DNA of 64,000 nucleotides, taken from assembly GCA_963849325.1 (NCBI GenBank), contig CAWKHF010000012.1:1152001-1216000 (forward strand). The letters run 5' to 3'. Under the pieces are notes generated by a model that worked only from the letters and a program-made list of their open reading frames with translations, ran no database searches and had not been told where the DNA came from. The position numbers and the translations under genes were made by a program. This DNA comes from an uncultured Planctomycetota bacterium. GTDB taxonomy: Bacteria; Planctomycetota; Planctomycetia; Gemmatales; Gemmataceae. Shown in pieces: positions 46,497-58,484 of this stretch. How positions within the stretch are numbered: position 1 is the stretch's first letter; the number at the start of each line of letters is the position of its first letter.

Positions 46497-49400
46497 TCAC
46501 GGGTTAGCCCCGGTGACGATGTCGCCGACATCGTCGCCGGGTTCGAGGTTCTGGCGCGTCCGCGGCACCGGCAGCGCCTCCAGGGCCGGATAAACCATCA
46601 GGAAGGTGCGAACGTTTTCGGGCCGCACCAGCAGACACACTTGCGGATGATACGGCGGCTCGCCGGGCCGCCGCCCGGACTGACGGCGTTCGATCATCTG
46701 CCGGATGGTCGCCACCAGCGGATTGTTGGCCGCGTCGCTCATGGCCTGGGCGAGCGGGAACGTCTTCTGCGACGGATACAGCACCACACCGTCGGGACGG
46801 CACTCGACGTAGATGGTCCAATCGCGTCCGCCGTGGACCCAGGCCGGCCGTAGTCCGGCCGCCGGCCGGCGCGGCTGATAGCCCGGCGCCGAAGGATTGG
46901 CAAACCGAGTCGGCGTCGGCGACCCCGAACCGCCCGACCCGTCGCCTCCGCCGCCGGCGATCAATCGCTTTCGTGGAGGACGGGGGGCCGACTCGTCATC
47001 CGGCGGACGATCAGGAGGTGGGTCGTCATTTGGCTCGTTCGGCGCAGGCGCGGCGGGGCGTGCGCCGGGCGGCGGCCGAGGCACCAGCGGATCGACGGCC
47101 GCAAAGGCGTCCGAGCGTCCGCCGCCCGCGGACGAGCGCGTCCCCTCGCCGGGAGGACCGCCCATCGTTCCCGGCTGTCCGGTCGCGGTCGGTGCGCCCG
47201 CGGAAGCCCCTCCGGGACCGCCCTGGCCCATCGCTCCCGGCGTGGCGGCGACAACTTGCCCCGTTGCTCCGGACTGTCCGGCGACGCTTCCGCCTGGATC
47301 GCCCGGCTGGCCGGAACCGTTTCCGCCGTTGCCGCCGACAACGGCGTACCGTCCATCCCCAGAGGCGCCCGGCGGTCCTGCCACGCCGGTCCCCGGAACT
47401 CCGCTCCCCGCAGCGCCATTCCCCGGGATGCCGTTGGCTGGATTGCCGGAACCGGCCACACCGCCCAAGACGCCTGGACCGGCCGCGCCGGAGTAGTTGT
47501 TCCCCGGCGGGCCGTTTCCGGGAATGCCGTTCCCTGGAATGCCGTTGCCCGGCACTCCCGGGCCGGCAACCGCAGAAGCGCCGGTCCCCGACGAGCCGGA
47601 GAGGATGCCTCCCGGATAGCCGCCGGCTCCAGCGGGGCCAGTCCCTGGAACTCCGTTGCCTGGAGCGCCATAGCCGGGCATTCCCGAGCCGACCGCACCT
47701 CCAGGGCCGCCGTTGCCGCCGACAACGGCGTAACGCCCATCCGGAGAGACGCCCGGCGGTCCCGCCACGCCGGTCCCCGGGACTCCGCTCCCCGGAACGT
47801 CCCTCCCCGGGATGCCATTGGCTGGATTGCCGGAGCCGGCCACACCGCCCGTGCCGGCAACTCCGGGAGTGCCGATACCCGACGATCCGGAGAGGATATA
47901 TCCTGGATAACCGCCGGTTATGGTTGGACCGGTCCCTGGAGCGCCATTGCCTGGAACACCGTTCCCTGGCATTCCCGCGCCGGCAACACCTCCAGAACCG
48001 CCCGGTCTCGGAGGGCCGTTGCCTGGACGGCCATTTCCTGGATAACCGCCTGTCCCGATCGCACCGGATGCTAACGCCCGAGGCGGCCCCAGGCCCGAGG
48101 AGTCCGAACCGGAAAATCCCGGTGAGCCGGAGGTCGCCGAGCCAGCGCCGTAAGTTCTCCCGGACCCGCGCAGAACGTACTCCCCTCCCGGCACCGCTCC
48201 ACCGTCCGACGGTCCCGCCTCGGCATTCTCACCCCCCATGGAGGGCGCCAGCGCGGCCGAATGGCCCTGTCCGCTGCTGCGAGGTGTACCCAGGCCCGTC
48301 CCGCCCGCACCGGAGCCGTCTCCGCCGCCGGATGAATCGGCAAGAAAAGCTCCCGAGCCACTCGCTGAACCGACCCCGTTAGAAGATGATCCGCCAGCCT
48401 GGCCGGAGCGATTGAAGCCTGGTCCCACCGCCAGGCTGGGCACACCGCCCATCACATTCCCACTGCCGCCTCCTGCCACGCCTCCGCCCGGCCCAAGGAA
48501 GCGCACACCAGCCGGCGTGGACGAACTCGCTCCGCCTGGAACGCCGCCGATGACGAATGGTCCCGTTCCCCCCGGCCCCGTCCCCGTGCCGATAGCGGAT
48601 CCGTAACCTCCGGGAGCCGACCTCATTCCGCCCGATCCCGGCTGGCTGGCTGGACCGTTCGTCCCGTTGGCCAGGGTCGGCGCATCACGGGTCCGGACTC
48701 CCCGGATACCGCCGTCGGAGGAGACCGTCATCGGGCCGTGCAGCGGCGAAAGTCCGATGGGGCGAGCACTGGTTCCGGTTGCGGACGGCGCGGCGGGGGC
48801 GACGGAAGGCGGCGTTCGGGACGCGGTCATCCACGGCTGAGCGCCGGTCTGATCGTCGTCGGCGGGGAAATCGAGCACCCAGTCCTCGTCGATGAACTCG
48901 TAGCCGAAATCCAGCGTCAAGTCCTTGAGGACGGCCTGGAACTGGCAGTAGGTGACGACGCCGCCGGGCCGCACCAGCAACAGCAGATACGGCGTGGCGT
49001 TGGCGCTGCCGGGAGTGCCGGCCATCTTGGCGCGCTGGCGAGCGATGCGGCGTTCGACCTCGGCACGCACGTCGTCCGGCGGCGCATCCTCGGGACTGTC
49101 GTGGCCGATCAGAAACTCGCGCGAATGGACCGGCATGGCTCGGCGCTCGGGGTGGAAGATGACGCCGTCGGCGGTGCATTCGACGTAGAGGGGCCGGCGG
49201 CTCTCGCCGCGCCGGCCGTGGTAGGGCACGACGGAAAAGGTGTGTTGCTCGCGCTGGCGGGCGGCCTTCAAGTCCTTGAGCGCCTGCTCCATCCGCAGCA
49301 GGTCGATCGTCATTCGCTGGAGAGCCTTGCTGGACTCCTTCGACTGCGCCTCGGTCTGTCCGGCCGTGCCGCGCAGCGTGGCCAACGAGCTGCTCATCGG

Positions 49401-49809
49401 CCTGAAGCCGGCCGCGCTCGTCCTGGATCTTGCGGCGCAGGTCGGTGCTGGTGTCCTGCTCGTAGCGCAGGCGGGCGGCGATCTCGCCAAGTTGGTCGCG
49501 GACTTTTTTCATCTGCAATTGCAGCTCGATCTGCTCGCGCGTCAGGTTGGCGTGGACGGCGGCGCGTTTCTCTTCCTTGGCCGCACGTTCCTGCCGTCTC
49601 TTTTGTTCCCACTCGGCCCGGTGGGCGGCCTCGTTTTGCGCACTTTCCTCTTGCAACCTGGCCGCCTCGCGTCGGGCCCGGGCCTGGGCGGCCTGGTGGG
49701 CCTTGCGGTCCATGACGAGCAGGACCAGGATCAGCGACCCCATGGCGCACAGCAGCACGGCCAGGAAGGGGAACGTCGAGACTTGCAGTTTGTGCCGGCG
49801 TCCTCTCAT
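46497..49809 (-). CDS. ExbD-like single-TM protein with coiled coil, duplicated domain and long Gly/Pro linker (frameshift near 49390)
   Basis: STFPFLAVLLCAMGSLIL TM; two YVEC..DGV...LLVRP domains flanking PGxG repeats. Confidence 0.6.
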
Positions 49810-51152
49810 GCGGCCTTTCCGGGTTGTATGCGCGGAGGCGGCGGAGCGGCGGCTTGCGGCAGGGCGCCGGCCCGCGCCGTCAGCAGGTGGATGGCTGCCG
49901 TCAGACTATGCACCGCCTGCTCGAACGTGCCGGCGCCGGCCAGCGCCGCCAGGTTCTGCTGCAAGCCCGCCTGCAAGTGCAGCAGGTGCTTCTCACCCTG
50001 CTGCAAGCCGCCCAGAGCCGCCACCTGCGCCGCCAGATGCTCTCGCCGACCCGCGCCAGCGCCGTCTGCTGATCGCGGCCGTAGTCGCGCACCACGCTGG
50101 CCAATGCTCCCAGCTGCTCGAACAGCCGGGCGCTCTGCTCGAGGGACTGTTTTTCCAGGCCGATCAAGCAGTTGGGAATGCGTTTGCAGCGTGCCCTTCA
50201 GCGCCGCCTCCAGGGCGCCGGCCATCTGCTCCTGCTGCCGGCCGGCGGCTTCCGCCGCCCGCCGCTGGTTCTCCGTCAGCGCCCGCGCCCACACGTCGGC
50301 CTGCTGCTCCACGAGCTGCCCGGTGGCGTCGAGCAAGACCTGCGTGTTCTGCCGCAGCGCTTCGACGAACGGGCCGTTGTCGCCGGAGATGCGCTGGAAG
50401 CGGTGCGCCAGTCTGGCGCTCGACCTCGTGATCGACGGCTTCGAGAATGCCCTGCTCGCGCCGTTCGACGAGGAAGCTGCAAAACATGGTAATCATGGTC
50501 AGACTGAGGGCGAGGGCGGTGGCGTCGAAGGCGTAGGACAGGCCGTCGGTGACCTGGCTCATGTTCTTTTCGAGCACTTCCGGCGTCGCCCCGGAGATGG
50601 CGTCGGTGATGCCGAGCACGGTGCCGAGGAAGCCGAGGATGGGGATGGCCCAGGTGATGAAGCGCGTCAGGGCGTAACTGCCTTCCAGCACGACGGCGTC
50701 GCTGTCGAGCAGGGCGCGCATCTGGTCGTCCAGCTCGGCGGCGGAGCCGCGCTGGCAGAGGAAATCGAGGATGGCCCGGATACGCTGGACGAGGAAGGTG
50801 TTTTGCAGTCGTTGCGGCAGGCGGCGCAGTCCGGTCAAGAGGTTGGCCGCTTCGCCGAGTGGGACGGCCCGGCCGTCCCAGGGCGGCAGCACGTCCGCAC
50901 CGGAACGCCCGTTGTTCGACCAAACTCCGCAGCCACTTCGCCCCCAGGGCGCTGACGGCGCAGCAGAACAGGATCAGCTCGACGCCCTCGACGGGGCGTT
51001 CGATGTAGCGGAACAGGAAAGTGTGGCGCAGCGGTCCCTTGTGGAAGAGGAACAGCAAGACGACGGCCAGCGGGCAAGCCGACGACGAAGGCGGCGAGGT
51101 TGGCGCTGGGGCGGCGAACAGTATCGGCGGAGACCGATGGGGAGGATTTCAT
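49806..51152 (-). CDS. MotA/TolQ/ExbB proton channel family protein with C-terminal helical tail (frameshifted)
   Basis: WAIPILGFLGTVLGI and AFDATALAL TM motifs; long Gln/Ala-rich tail. Confidence 0.85.
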
Positions 51153-51274
51153 TTCGGGGCCTCGACCCTGTAAGTGAGGGGCCTATTCGGAACATCGTCC
51201 GAGGGCGGGCGGAGATTGTAACGATTCCGTCGTCCGACGCCAGATAGCTTCGCGCTGGCACGAGCGGGGACGAC

Positions 51275-52274
51275 GTGATAGCTTACAGTTCGCTTTTCCG
51301 CCGTCTGGAACGCCCTTTGTTACCGAGGAGATGGAACGCCGTGCGCGTCAATGGCGTCGAGCGCTGCCTTGCCGGCCGGCTCCTGCTCGGCCTGACTTTG
51401 CTGCCTTCGCTCGGCTGCGCCGACGACCCATCTCGCCCGGAACTCGTGTGGGGCCGGCGCGGCGTGCAGAACGGCGACATGGTTCGCCCTCGCGCCGTCG
51501 CCATCGACGCGCACGATCGCCTCTACGTCGTCGATTTCACCGCCCGCATCCAGGTCTACGACCGTGAGGGTCATTACCTCGGACCCACCTGGACGACGCC
51601 GGACTACCGCAACGGCCGGCCCAGCGGTCTCAGCATGGACCGTGATGGCAACCTGATCGTCAGCGATTCGCACTATCACTGTTTCCGCATCTACTCGCCC
51701 GACGGCGTCGAGCTGCGCAAGCTGGGCGGTGAGGGCGGCACCGCTCCCGGTCAACTCGGTTACGTCAGCGATGTCGTGCAGGATAACGAGGGAAATTACT
51801 ACGTCGCCGAGTTCGGCGAGAACCAGCGTATCAGCAAGCTCGACGCCAACGGCGTAGTTCTTGCGTTGCTGGGGGAGCAAGGGGACTGAACCAGGGCAGT
51901 TTTCGCGCACCGCGCCCTCGCCCTCGGGCCGGATGGCAACCTGTACGTCGCCGATGCCTGCAACGACCGCATTCAGGTGTTCACGCGCGACGGTCAGCTC
52001 GTCCGCTGCTGGGGACAATCGGGTTCCGAGCCGGGACAGCTCAAATATCCGTATGATCTGGCGTTCAACAAGGACGGGCGTTCTGTACGTCGTCGAGAAC
52101 GGCAACAACCGCGTGCAGAAGTTCACCGCGACGGGCGAATCGCTCGGCTGCTGGGGCGGTCCCGGCCATGCTCCAGGGCAACTGCATAATCCCTGGGCAC
52201 TGTCCATCGACAGCCGCGGCCGGGTCCACGTCATCGATACGGAAAATCATCGAGTGCAGCGAATCGCGTTTTGA
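51275..52274 (+). CDS. NHL-repeat beta-propeller protein (frameshifted; start uncertain)
   Basis: Repeated GxxGxxPGQ(F/L)..P..(L/V)A.D...YV.D..N.R(I/V)Q.F. Confidence 0.85.
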
Positions 52275-52400
52275 TTGCCCTACACCTAGTCGGCGGAAGA
52301 AACGACCGCTCTTCCTCCGTGAGGAGGAGGTTCGTCCAGACGAGGAGTTGCCGCATCCGCTTGGGGCCAAAGAAGCGACGGAACGAGTCCGAAGGGATCT

Positions 52401-52630
52401 TCATCCCTGGAAGGGTAGGAATACGACAACCTGGTCCCTGATTTCTTCTTCCGGCATGTATTCCGCGAGGAGCAAGATGTCGGCGATGGCCGAGCCGATG
52501 GACTGCTCATTGGTAGTGGCGATAAGGCCGGGCACGGGTTCTCCCGCCGCCACCCGCTGGTAAGCGAAACCAAACATTGTGTTCCGGTCGTTGGTGAGGA
52601 GGACGCGGTGTCACTGGCCAGTCGGAGCAT
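52401..52630 (-). pseudogene. DUF5615 PIN-like toxin with apparent internal deletion
   Basis: MLRLASD joined out of frame to RVLLTNDRNTM...VPGLI...VVFLP; the middle of the domain appears absent. Confidence 0.65.
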
Positions 52631-52984
52631 CGGCCTTCTCTCTGGCCCTGCGGCGTGCCAGCAGTTCATCCGCGCAATGCGCGGACGCTCGGCCTCAATC
52701 TTCGCCCGTAGGATCTCGGCTTCGTCTTGTCGTCGCTTCAAGTAGGCCCGGACTTCCTCGCGGTGCCGGAGGTAGTAAGCGAGGACGGCGTAGACGTCGG
52801 CCAGCACCAAGGTATCGTAGGCGCGGACCATGTCTTCCGGTGTCACGCCGTTCTCGTATTGCTCGACGACCAAATCGAGGCTGATGCGACTGTTGCCGAT
52901 ACGCACGGCGCCGCCTTCGTCCACCCGGAGCGGGGGAGGGTCGGCGTGGAGGGGAAGCAACTCGATCCGTTGACTCTCATCCAT
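52611..52984 (-). CDS. DUF433 family antitoxin-like protein
   Basis: RIGNSRISLDLVV...G.TPED....Y.TL.LADVYAVLAYYL. Confidence 0.85.
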
Positions 52985-53288
52985 AATCCAATACTCCGCG
53001 GGATGGCGGGAGGTTCAGCCGCTGGGTCTCCGCGTGTGCCTCTCTGGAGAACGTATACCAGCGTCGCGAAGCAGCAAAGGCGAGCGCGGCTAGAATAGCG
53101 GGCCGAGTCAGGCCTGTTTCCAACAAGGATTGTAAGCGCCAAGCCTTCGATACCACAAGAGCACCGTCTCAAGGGCAAGGCGGCCTCCATAGCGGATTTG
53201 TCCTTGCGAGGGGTCTGCGCGGCCTCCACAATGAGACGGGACAAACCAGGCCTCAAACGCCTGCGATTCACGCACGGATCGACAGCGG

Positions 53289-55923
53289 ATGGGTTCACTC
53301 CTGCATTTCCTGGCCGCGCGCTGGTGTCCGGCCCTGCTGCTGGGCATCGCCCTGGCGACCCAGGCCGTGCTGGGACTGCTGCGCCGCCGGAAGGTCCGCG
53401 GGTTCACGCCGCTGTTTGTGCTGAGCAGCGCCATTGCTGTGGCGAGTATCGGCGGACTGATTCTCTCGCCGCGCTGGGGTTGGTGGCTGATTGTCTCCGC
53501 CCTCGCGCTCTTCGTCTGTCTCTTCGTCCTCCTCGCCCTGACTGGCGCCTGGCGGCGCTCTCTCGGCTACGCCGTCGCGATACTCGCCCTGCTCGGCGCC
53601 GGCGGTCTATGGCTGAACACGGCCGGCGCGAGCTTGTTGGAAGTTTGCCGCGACCTGCGCGGGCTGACCTTCCTGCATCCGTGGTGGCTGCTGCTGCTAT
53701 TGCTCCTGCCGCTGTTCTTCCTGCTCAGCGCTCCCCGCCTCCATCGTTCCGAGCCGCGGTCGTGGATCGCGCTCGGACTGCGCAGCGTCGGTGTCATTTG
53801 CCTGTCACTGGCGCTCGCCGAGCCGCAGCTGCGCCAACCGAACGATCACGTCACCGTCCTCTTCGTCGTCGATCGCTCGCTGAGCATCCCTGAGGAGATG
53901 GTCGAGGATCCCTCCGGCAAACCCGGCAAGATCGACCAGCGCGAACGCCGCATCCGCCAGTTCATCAACGATGCCGTGGCCCGGCGCGGCGGCCACCACG
54001 AGCGCGACCGGGCCGGCCTGATCGTCTTCGGACGACGGCCGCGCCTGGAACTGCCGCCCAGCGATGCCCCGCGCTTCAACCTGAAAGAACTGCCGGCCAC
54101 GCCGGACGGCAATTACACCGACATCGCCGCCGCCCTGAAGCTGGCCCTGGCCTCCTTCACCGACGATACCGGCAAGCGCATCGTCCTCGTCAGCGACGGC
54201 AACGAGAACCTCGGCAACGCCGAGGAGCAGGCCCGTCTCGCTCATACGCTCGGCGTCGAGATCGACATCCTGCCGCTGGCCGCCGGACAAACCAACGAGG
54301 ATGAGGTGCTCGTCGAGCGCGTCGAGGCGCCGCCGGTCATCGAGCAGGGCGCCCGCGTGCCGGTTCGCGTGCTCGTCCGCAGTCACAACCCCAATCTCGT
54401 CGTCGGCCGGCTCATCCTCAAACAGATCATCGAGGGGCAAAAGGCGCCGGCGGCGGAGGCCAAGGTCGTCGTCCTGCGCCGTGGTCTGAACGTCGTCACC
54501 TTCACGCGCCGGCTGACCGACGAGCAGCGCTCGTACAGTTACGAGGCCGAATTCCTGCCCGACCGCGTCGAGGACGACAAGGGCGAAGTCCTCAAACGCG
54601 AACTGCCCGGCGATCGCGTGCAGAACAACCGGGCGGCGGCGCACGTCGATCGCGCGCGGCCAGCGCCGCATCCTCATCCTGGAGGGCAAAGCCGGCGAAC
54701 ACCGCTTTCTCGCCGAGAAATTAGGCGAGGCCGGCCGGGCCAAGTTCCGGATTGTCGCCGAGCCGATCGCCCTGCTCGATCGCTACAAGGACCGCGACAA
54801 GCTGGCCGTCTTCCTCAGCAACTTCGACTGTGTCGTCCTGGCCAACGTCGCCGCCGACCAGGTCAGCGAGGAGCAGCAGGAAGCGATCCGCGCCAACACG
54901 CACGAGCAGGGCTGTGGCCTGGTCATGATCGGCGGGCCGGACGCCTTCGGCGCCGGCGGCTGGCAGAACACGGCTGTCGAGAAGGCGCTGCCGGTGGACT
55001 GCGAGATCAAGTCGCTGCAGGTGCTCGGCAAGGGCGGCCTGGTGCTCGTCATGCACGCCTCGGAGATGGCCGACGGCAACCTCTGGCAAAAAAAGATCGC
55101 GAAACTCGCCGTCGAACGACTTGGCCCGGCCGATGAGGTCGGCGTCGTCTATTACGATTTCATGCACAAGTGGCACATTCCCTTGCAGCAGATCGCCGGC
55201 AACAAGGCGGCCATCCTCGCTCAGATCGACAAGATGACGCCCGGCGACATGCCGGACTTCGACCCGGCCTTGCAGATGGCCCACAAGGCGCTCATCGATC
55301 CGCGTAAGGAGCTGGCCACCAAACACGTCATCGTCATCAGCGACGGCGACCCGAATTACACGCCGGGCCTGCTGGCGGGCATAAAGAAGGACAAGGTCAC
55401 GGTGACAACCGTCGGTGTCGCCTGCCACGGCGCCAACGAGGACCAGAAGATGACGGCCATCGCCAAGGCGACGGGCGGCCGAGCCTACTCGGTCAAGGAC
55501 CCGCGCCAGCTGCCGGCCATCTACATCAAGGAATCGCGGCTGGTCAGTCCGTCGTTCGTCCATGAAAAACGCTTCGCCCCGCAGGTGTTGTTTCGCAGCG
55601 GGCGGAGAGGGCACGCTACGTCTCGGCGCGGCTGCGCGGCCTGCCGGTGCCGGAGCCGATGCAGTCGGAGGAGATCGATCGCTTGCGGGTGCGGCACAGG
55701 CGCGAGCAGGGCAACGCTTCGAGAGCGACACCCCCTGGCCGGCGGTCGGCCGCTCGGCGCCGATATTAGTGCTCCGCCTCCGCCGTCGCCCTCGGGACCA
55801 GGCCCCGCTGCGCCGTCGCTGGGTGCGGCGCCGCCGGAACCGGAGGCCGGCGATTATGCGAGCCGATTACTCAAGGCGAAAAAGAAGGCTCTGGAAGAGC
55901 GAAAGAAGGAGGACGGACGCTGA
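53289..55923 (+). CDS. Membrane vWA-domain protein with glutamine-amidotransferase-like segment (frameshifted, probably internally deleted)
   Basis: VVDRSLSI MIDAS-like motif, TDIAAAL, LVSDGNEN, MIGGPDAFGAGGW, VISDGD; C-terminal SRLLKAKKKA. Confidence 0.75.
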
Positions 55924-55995
55924 TTCGCCCCTTGCAGCAGGGCGAGTAGACGCGAACCGTCTGGGGATCTCGATCACTCGATTAGAGGCAAACAG

Positions 55996-56820
55996 ATGCT
56001 TATTCGCATTTCCGGGCGGGTCGAAGTTCTTGACGAGGAGGACAACCCCGTGAAGGATCCCGCTGTGCTTCGTAAACTGGACGGTGCCGTCTCGGATGAC
56101 GTGTGCTCTAACTACCTGGACAGTGATCTTGCGGACCTCGATATCACCGAGGGCGCGGTTCGGCTTACCTACAACTCCGCCACGAAGAAGCTGTGGGTTG
56201 TGACCGAGTACAAGTCGCCCGTGAAATTGAAACAATCCCAGTTGAAGCGTCTCGTACAGGAAACCCTCGGGCAATGGAGTGATGGGATCGGGGAGGGATG
56301 TTTTGATGATCGGTCAGACGAATGGAATGTGAGCATCAACCTTTCTCCGCTCGGGCAAGAAAAGACCCTTCACGTCGAACAAGTCGGCGGCAGCAAAAAA
56401 CCTTCCGTGTCTCGCATGGCCCTGGCGAAAGCGGCCCGGGAAGGCGACCTGGCTACCGTCCAACGACTGCTGAGCGAAGGAGCGGACACGGAGGTTCGGC
56501 AACAACAATTCACCCCCCTTCACCTGGCAATTCTCTACGGCCACGCAGAAGTGGCCCTGGAACTTATCGCGCACGGGGCGGACATTCGCGCGCTGGACCC
56601 GCTCGGCGACGATCCCCTCATGATCTGCGCATTGAGTAATGGGATTGACGACGAAGACGCAGCTCGCGTGGCCCGCGCACTGCTCGAAAAGGGAGTCGAT
56701 GCACGCTCTCCCCGTGAAGATCCGGACACGGGCGTAAAAAACAGGCCCCTGTCTATGGCCAGGGGCCGTAAGAAAACAAAGCTGGCCAAGGTGCTTCGCG
56801 AGTTTGGGGCGACGAGGTAA
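55996..56820 (+). CDS. Ankyrin-repeat protein with unrelated N-terminal domain
   Basis: AAREGD..VQRLL.EGAD, TPLHLAILYGH, LLEKGVD; N-terminal GQWSDGIGE. Confidence 0.8.
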   Translation: MLIRISGRVEVLDEEDNPVKDPAVLRKLDGAVSDDVCSNYLDSDLADLDITEGAVRLTYNSATKKLWVVTEYKSPVKLKQSQLKRLVQETLGQWSDGIGEGCFDDRSDEWNVSINLSPLGQEKTLHVEQVGGSKKPSVSRMALAKAAREGDLATVQRLLSEGADTEVRQQQFTPLHLAILYGHAEVALELIAHGADIRALDPLGDDPLMICALSNGIDDEDAARVARALLEKGVDARSPREDPDTGVKNRPLSMARGRKKTKLAKVLREFGATR

Positions 56821-56881
56821 GGGCAGCTCGAATCCGGTAGCAATCCCCCGGCAAGCCGGGGGCTATGTAAATCGAGGGATC

Positions 56882-57906
56882 ATGACATCCGCCGTTCCTC
56901 TACCGCAGCGTGCCGAGGAGTTCCGCAAAGCGTATGGCCGACTCCAGCAGGAGATCGGCAAGGTCATCGTCGGCCACGCCGACATTGTACACGGTGTCCT
57001 TACCTGCCTGTTTGTCGGCGCCACGCCCTGCTCGAAGGCGTGCCGGGCCTGGGCAAGACGCTGTAGGTCCGCACGCTCAGCCAGGTGCTCGACCTGTCCT
57101 TCAACCGCATCCAGTTCACGCACGACCTGATGCCCTCGGACATCATCGGCACCAACATCATCATGGAATCGCCCGAAGGCCAGCGTCATTTCCGCTTCCA
57201 GCCCGGCCCGATTTTCGCCCAGATCATGCTGGCCGACGAGATCAACCGGGCCATGCCGAAAACGCAATCGGCCTTGCTGGAGGTCATGCAGGAACACAGC
57301 GTCACGGCCGGCGGCACCGTCCACCGCCTCCAGGAACCGTTCTTCGTCCTGGCGACGCAAAACCCGATCGATCAAGAAGGGACGTATCCGCTGCCGGAGG
57401 CGCAGCTGGACCGTTTCTTCTTCAAGCTGCTCGTCAACTACTCCGGCCGGGCCGAGATGGCGACGATCCTCGACCGCACAACGCGCGGCGAATGGCCGAC
57501 GGCCGAGAAGGTGATGGACGGCGACGAAGTTCGTCGCTGGCAGCAGCTGGTGCGCGAGGTGCTCGTGGCGCCGCCGGTGCAGGACTACGCCATCCGTCTG
57601 GTGCTGGCGGCGCATCCCAGCGGCGAGTTTGCCGCACCCGATACGAATAAGTACATTCGCTGCGGCGCCAGCCCGCGCAGGGCGCAGGCGCTGGTGCTGG
57701 CCGCCAAGGTTCGGGCACTGCTCGAAGGCCGCTACAACGTCAGCTTCGAGGACATCCGCCGGGTGTATTTGCCGTCCCTGCGGCATCGCATCCTGCTCAA
57801 CTTCGAGGCACAGGCGGAAAACATCGCCACGGATACGGTGCTGATGCAAGTTCTCCACGAGGTCAAGGAGAAGGGGCCGGAAGGCGTTACCCCTGTGAGG
57901 GCTTGA
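56882..57906 (+). CDS. moxR: MoxR family AAA+ ATPase (frameshift and in-frame stop)
   Basis: LEGVPGLGKT, RIQFT.DLMPSDI, LADEINR, ATQNP, YPLPEAQLDRF, LRHR. Confidence 0.93.
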
Positions 57907-58297
57907 TGACTTCTCCTGTCTTCTTCTCTTTCGGGGAGTCGAAGATGTAGCCAGGCTCGTAATCCAATAAGAGGCGGGCGGCTTCCATGACATGAGCGGT
58001 GGCATGATAGAGAAACCGAGCAACGATCGACTTCGCGTCGGACTTGCTGAACTCCTCAGGGTATTCATAAAGCTTCGCCAAAACGCGAAGGTCCTCCTCC
58101 CAGTCGCTCATGTGGAAGACGAAATCGCGGCGGCAGACCTTGTTGGCGGCCGGATCGTCCAGCTTCTGATAGTGGTTGTAGATGCTCGCCAACAATCGCC
58201 GCAGTTGGGTACTCTTGGAATCGGTCTCACTCTCCGAGCGCTTCCCGGTAGGCGTCGATGCGGGCCTGCCATTCCGCGCCTGTTTTTTTTCCGACAT
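57887..58297 (-). CDS. Hypothetical protein (136 aa)
   Basis: Intact ORF with GAGG upstream; DFVFHMSDW..DL motif. Confidence 0.6.
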   Translation of the reverse strand: MSEKKQARNGRPASTPTGKRSESETDSKSTQLRRLLASIYNHYQKLDDPAANKVCRRDFVFHMSDWEEDLRVLAKLYEYPEEFSKSDAKSIVARFLYHATAHVMEAARLLLDYEPGYIFDSPKEKKTGEVIKPSQG

Positions 58298-58460
58298 GGC
58301 GAATTACCTCTTGCATTTGCCTCAACCAATTCCGGACTTCATTCTTCCACTTGCCGACCGAGGAATGATGAGGCTCGGCAGCGATTCGGGCGAGATGTCG
58401 CTCTACCTCGGGGAGAAATTCGTTTAGGCGATCCAGAGCGCGTTTACGACCTATGCCCAT
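58227..58460 (-). CDS. Hypothetical protein (77 aa)
   Basis: Intact helical Trp/His-containing ORF overlapping the downstream ORF. Confidence 0.55.
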   Translation of the reverse strand: MGIGRKRALDRLNEFLPEVERHLARIAAEPHHSSVGKWKNEVRNWLRQMQEVIRHVGKKTGAEWQARIDAYREALGE

Positions 58461-58484
58461 TTCTTCACTATCCTAGGTAATTCT

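Noticed and set aside
45469-51152. Zorya anti-phage system
   Set aside because: No OmpA-type ZorB domain and no ZorC/D/E helicase or nuclease genes nearby
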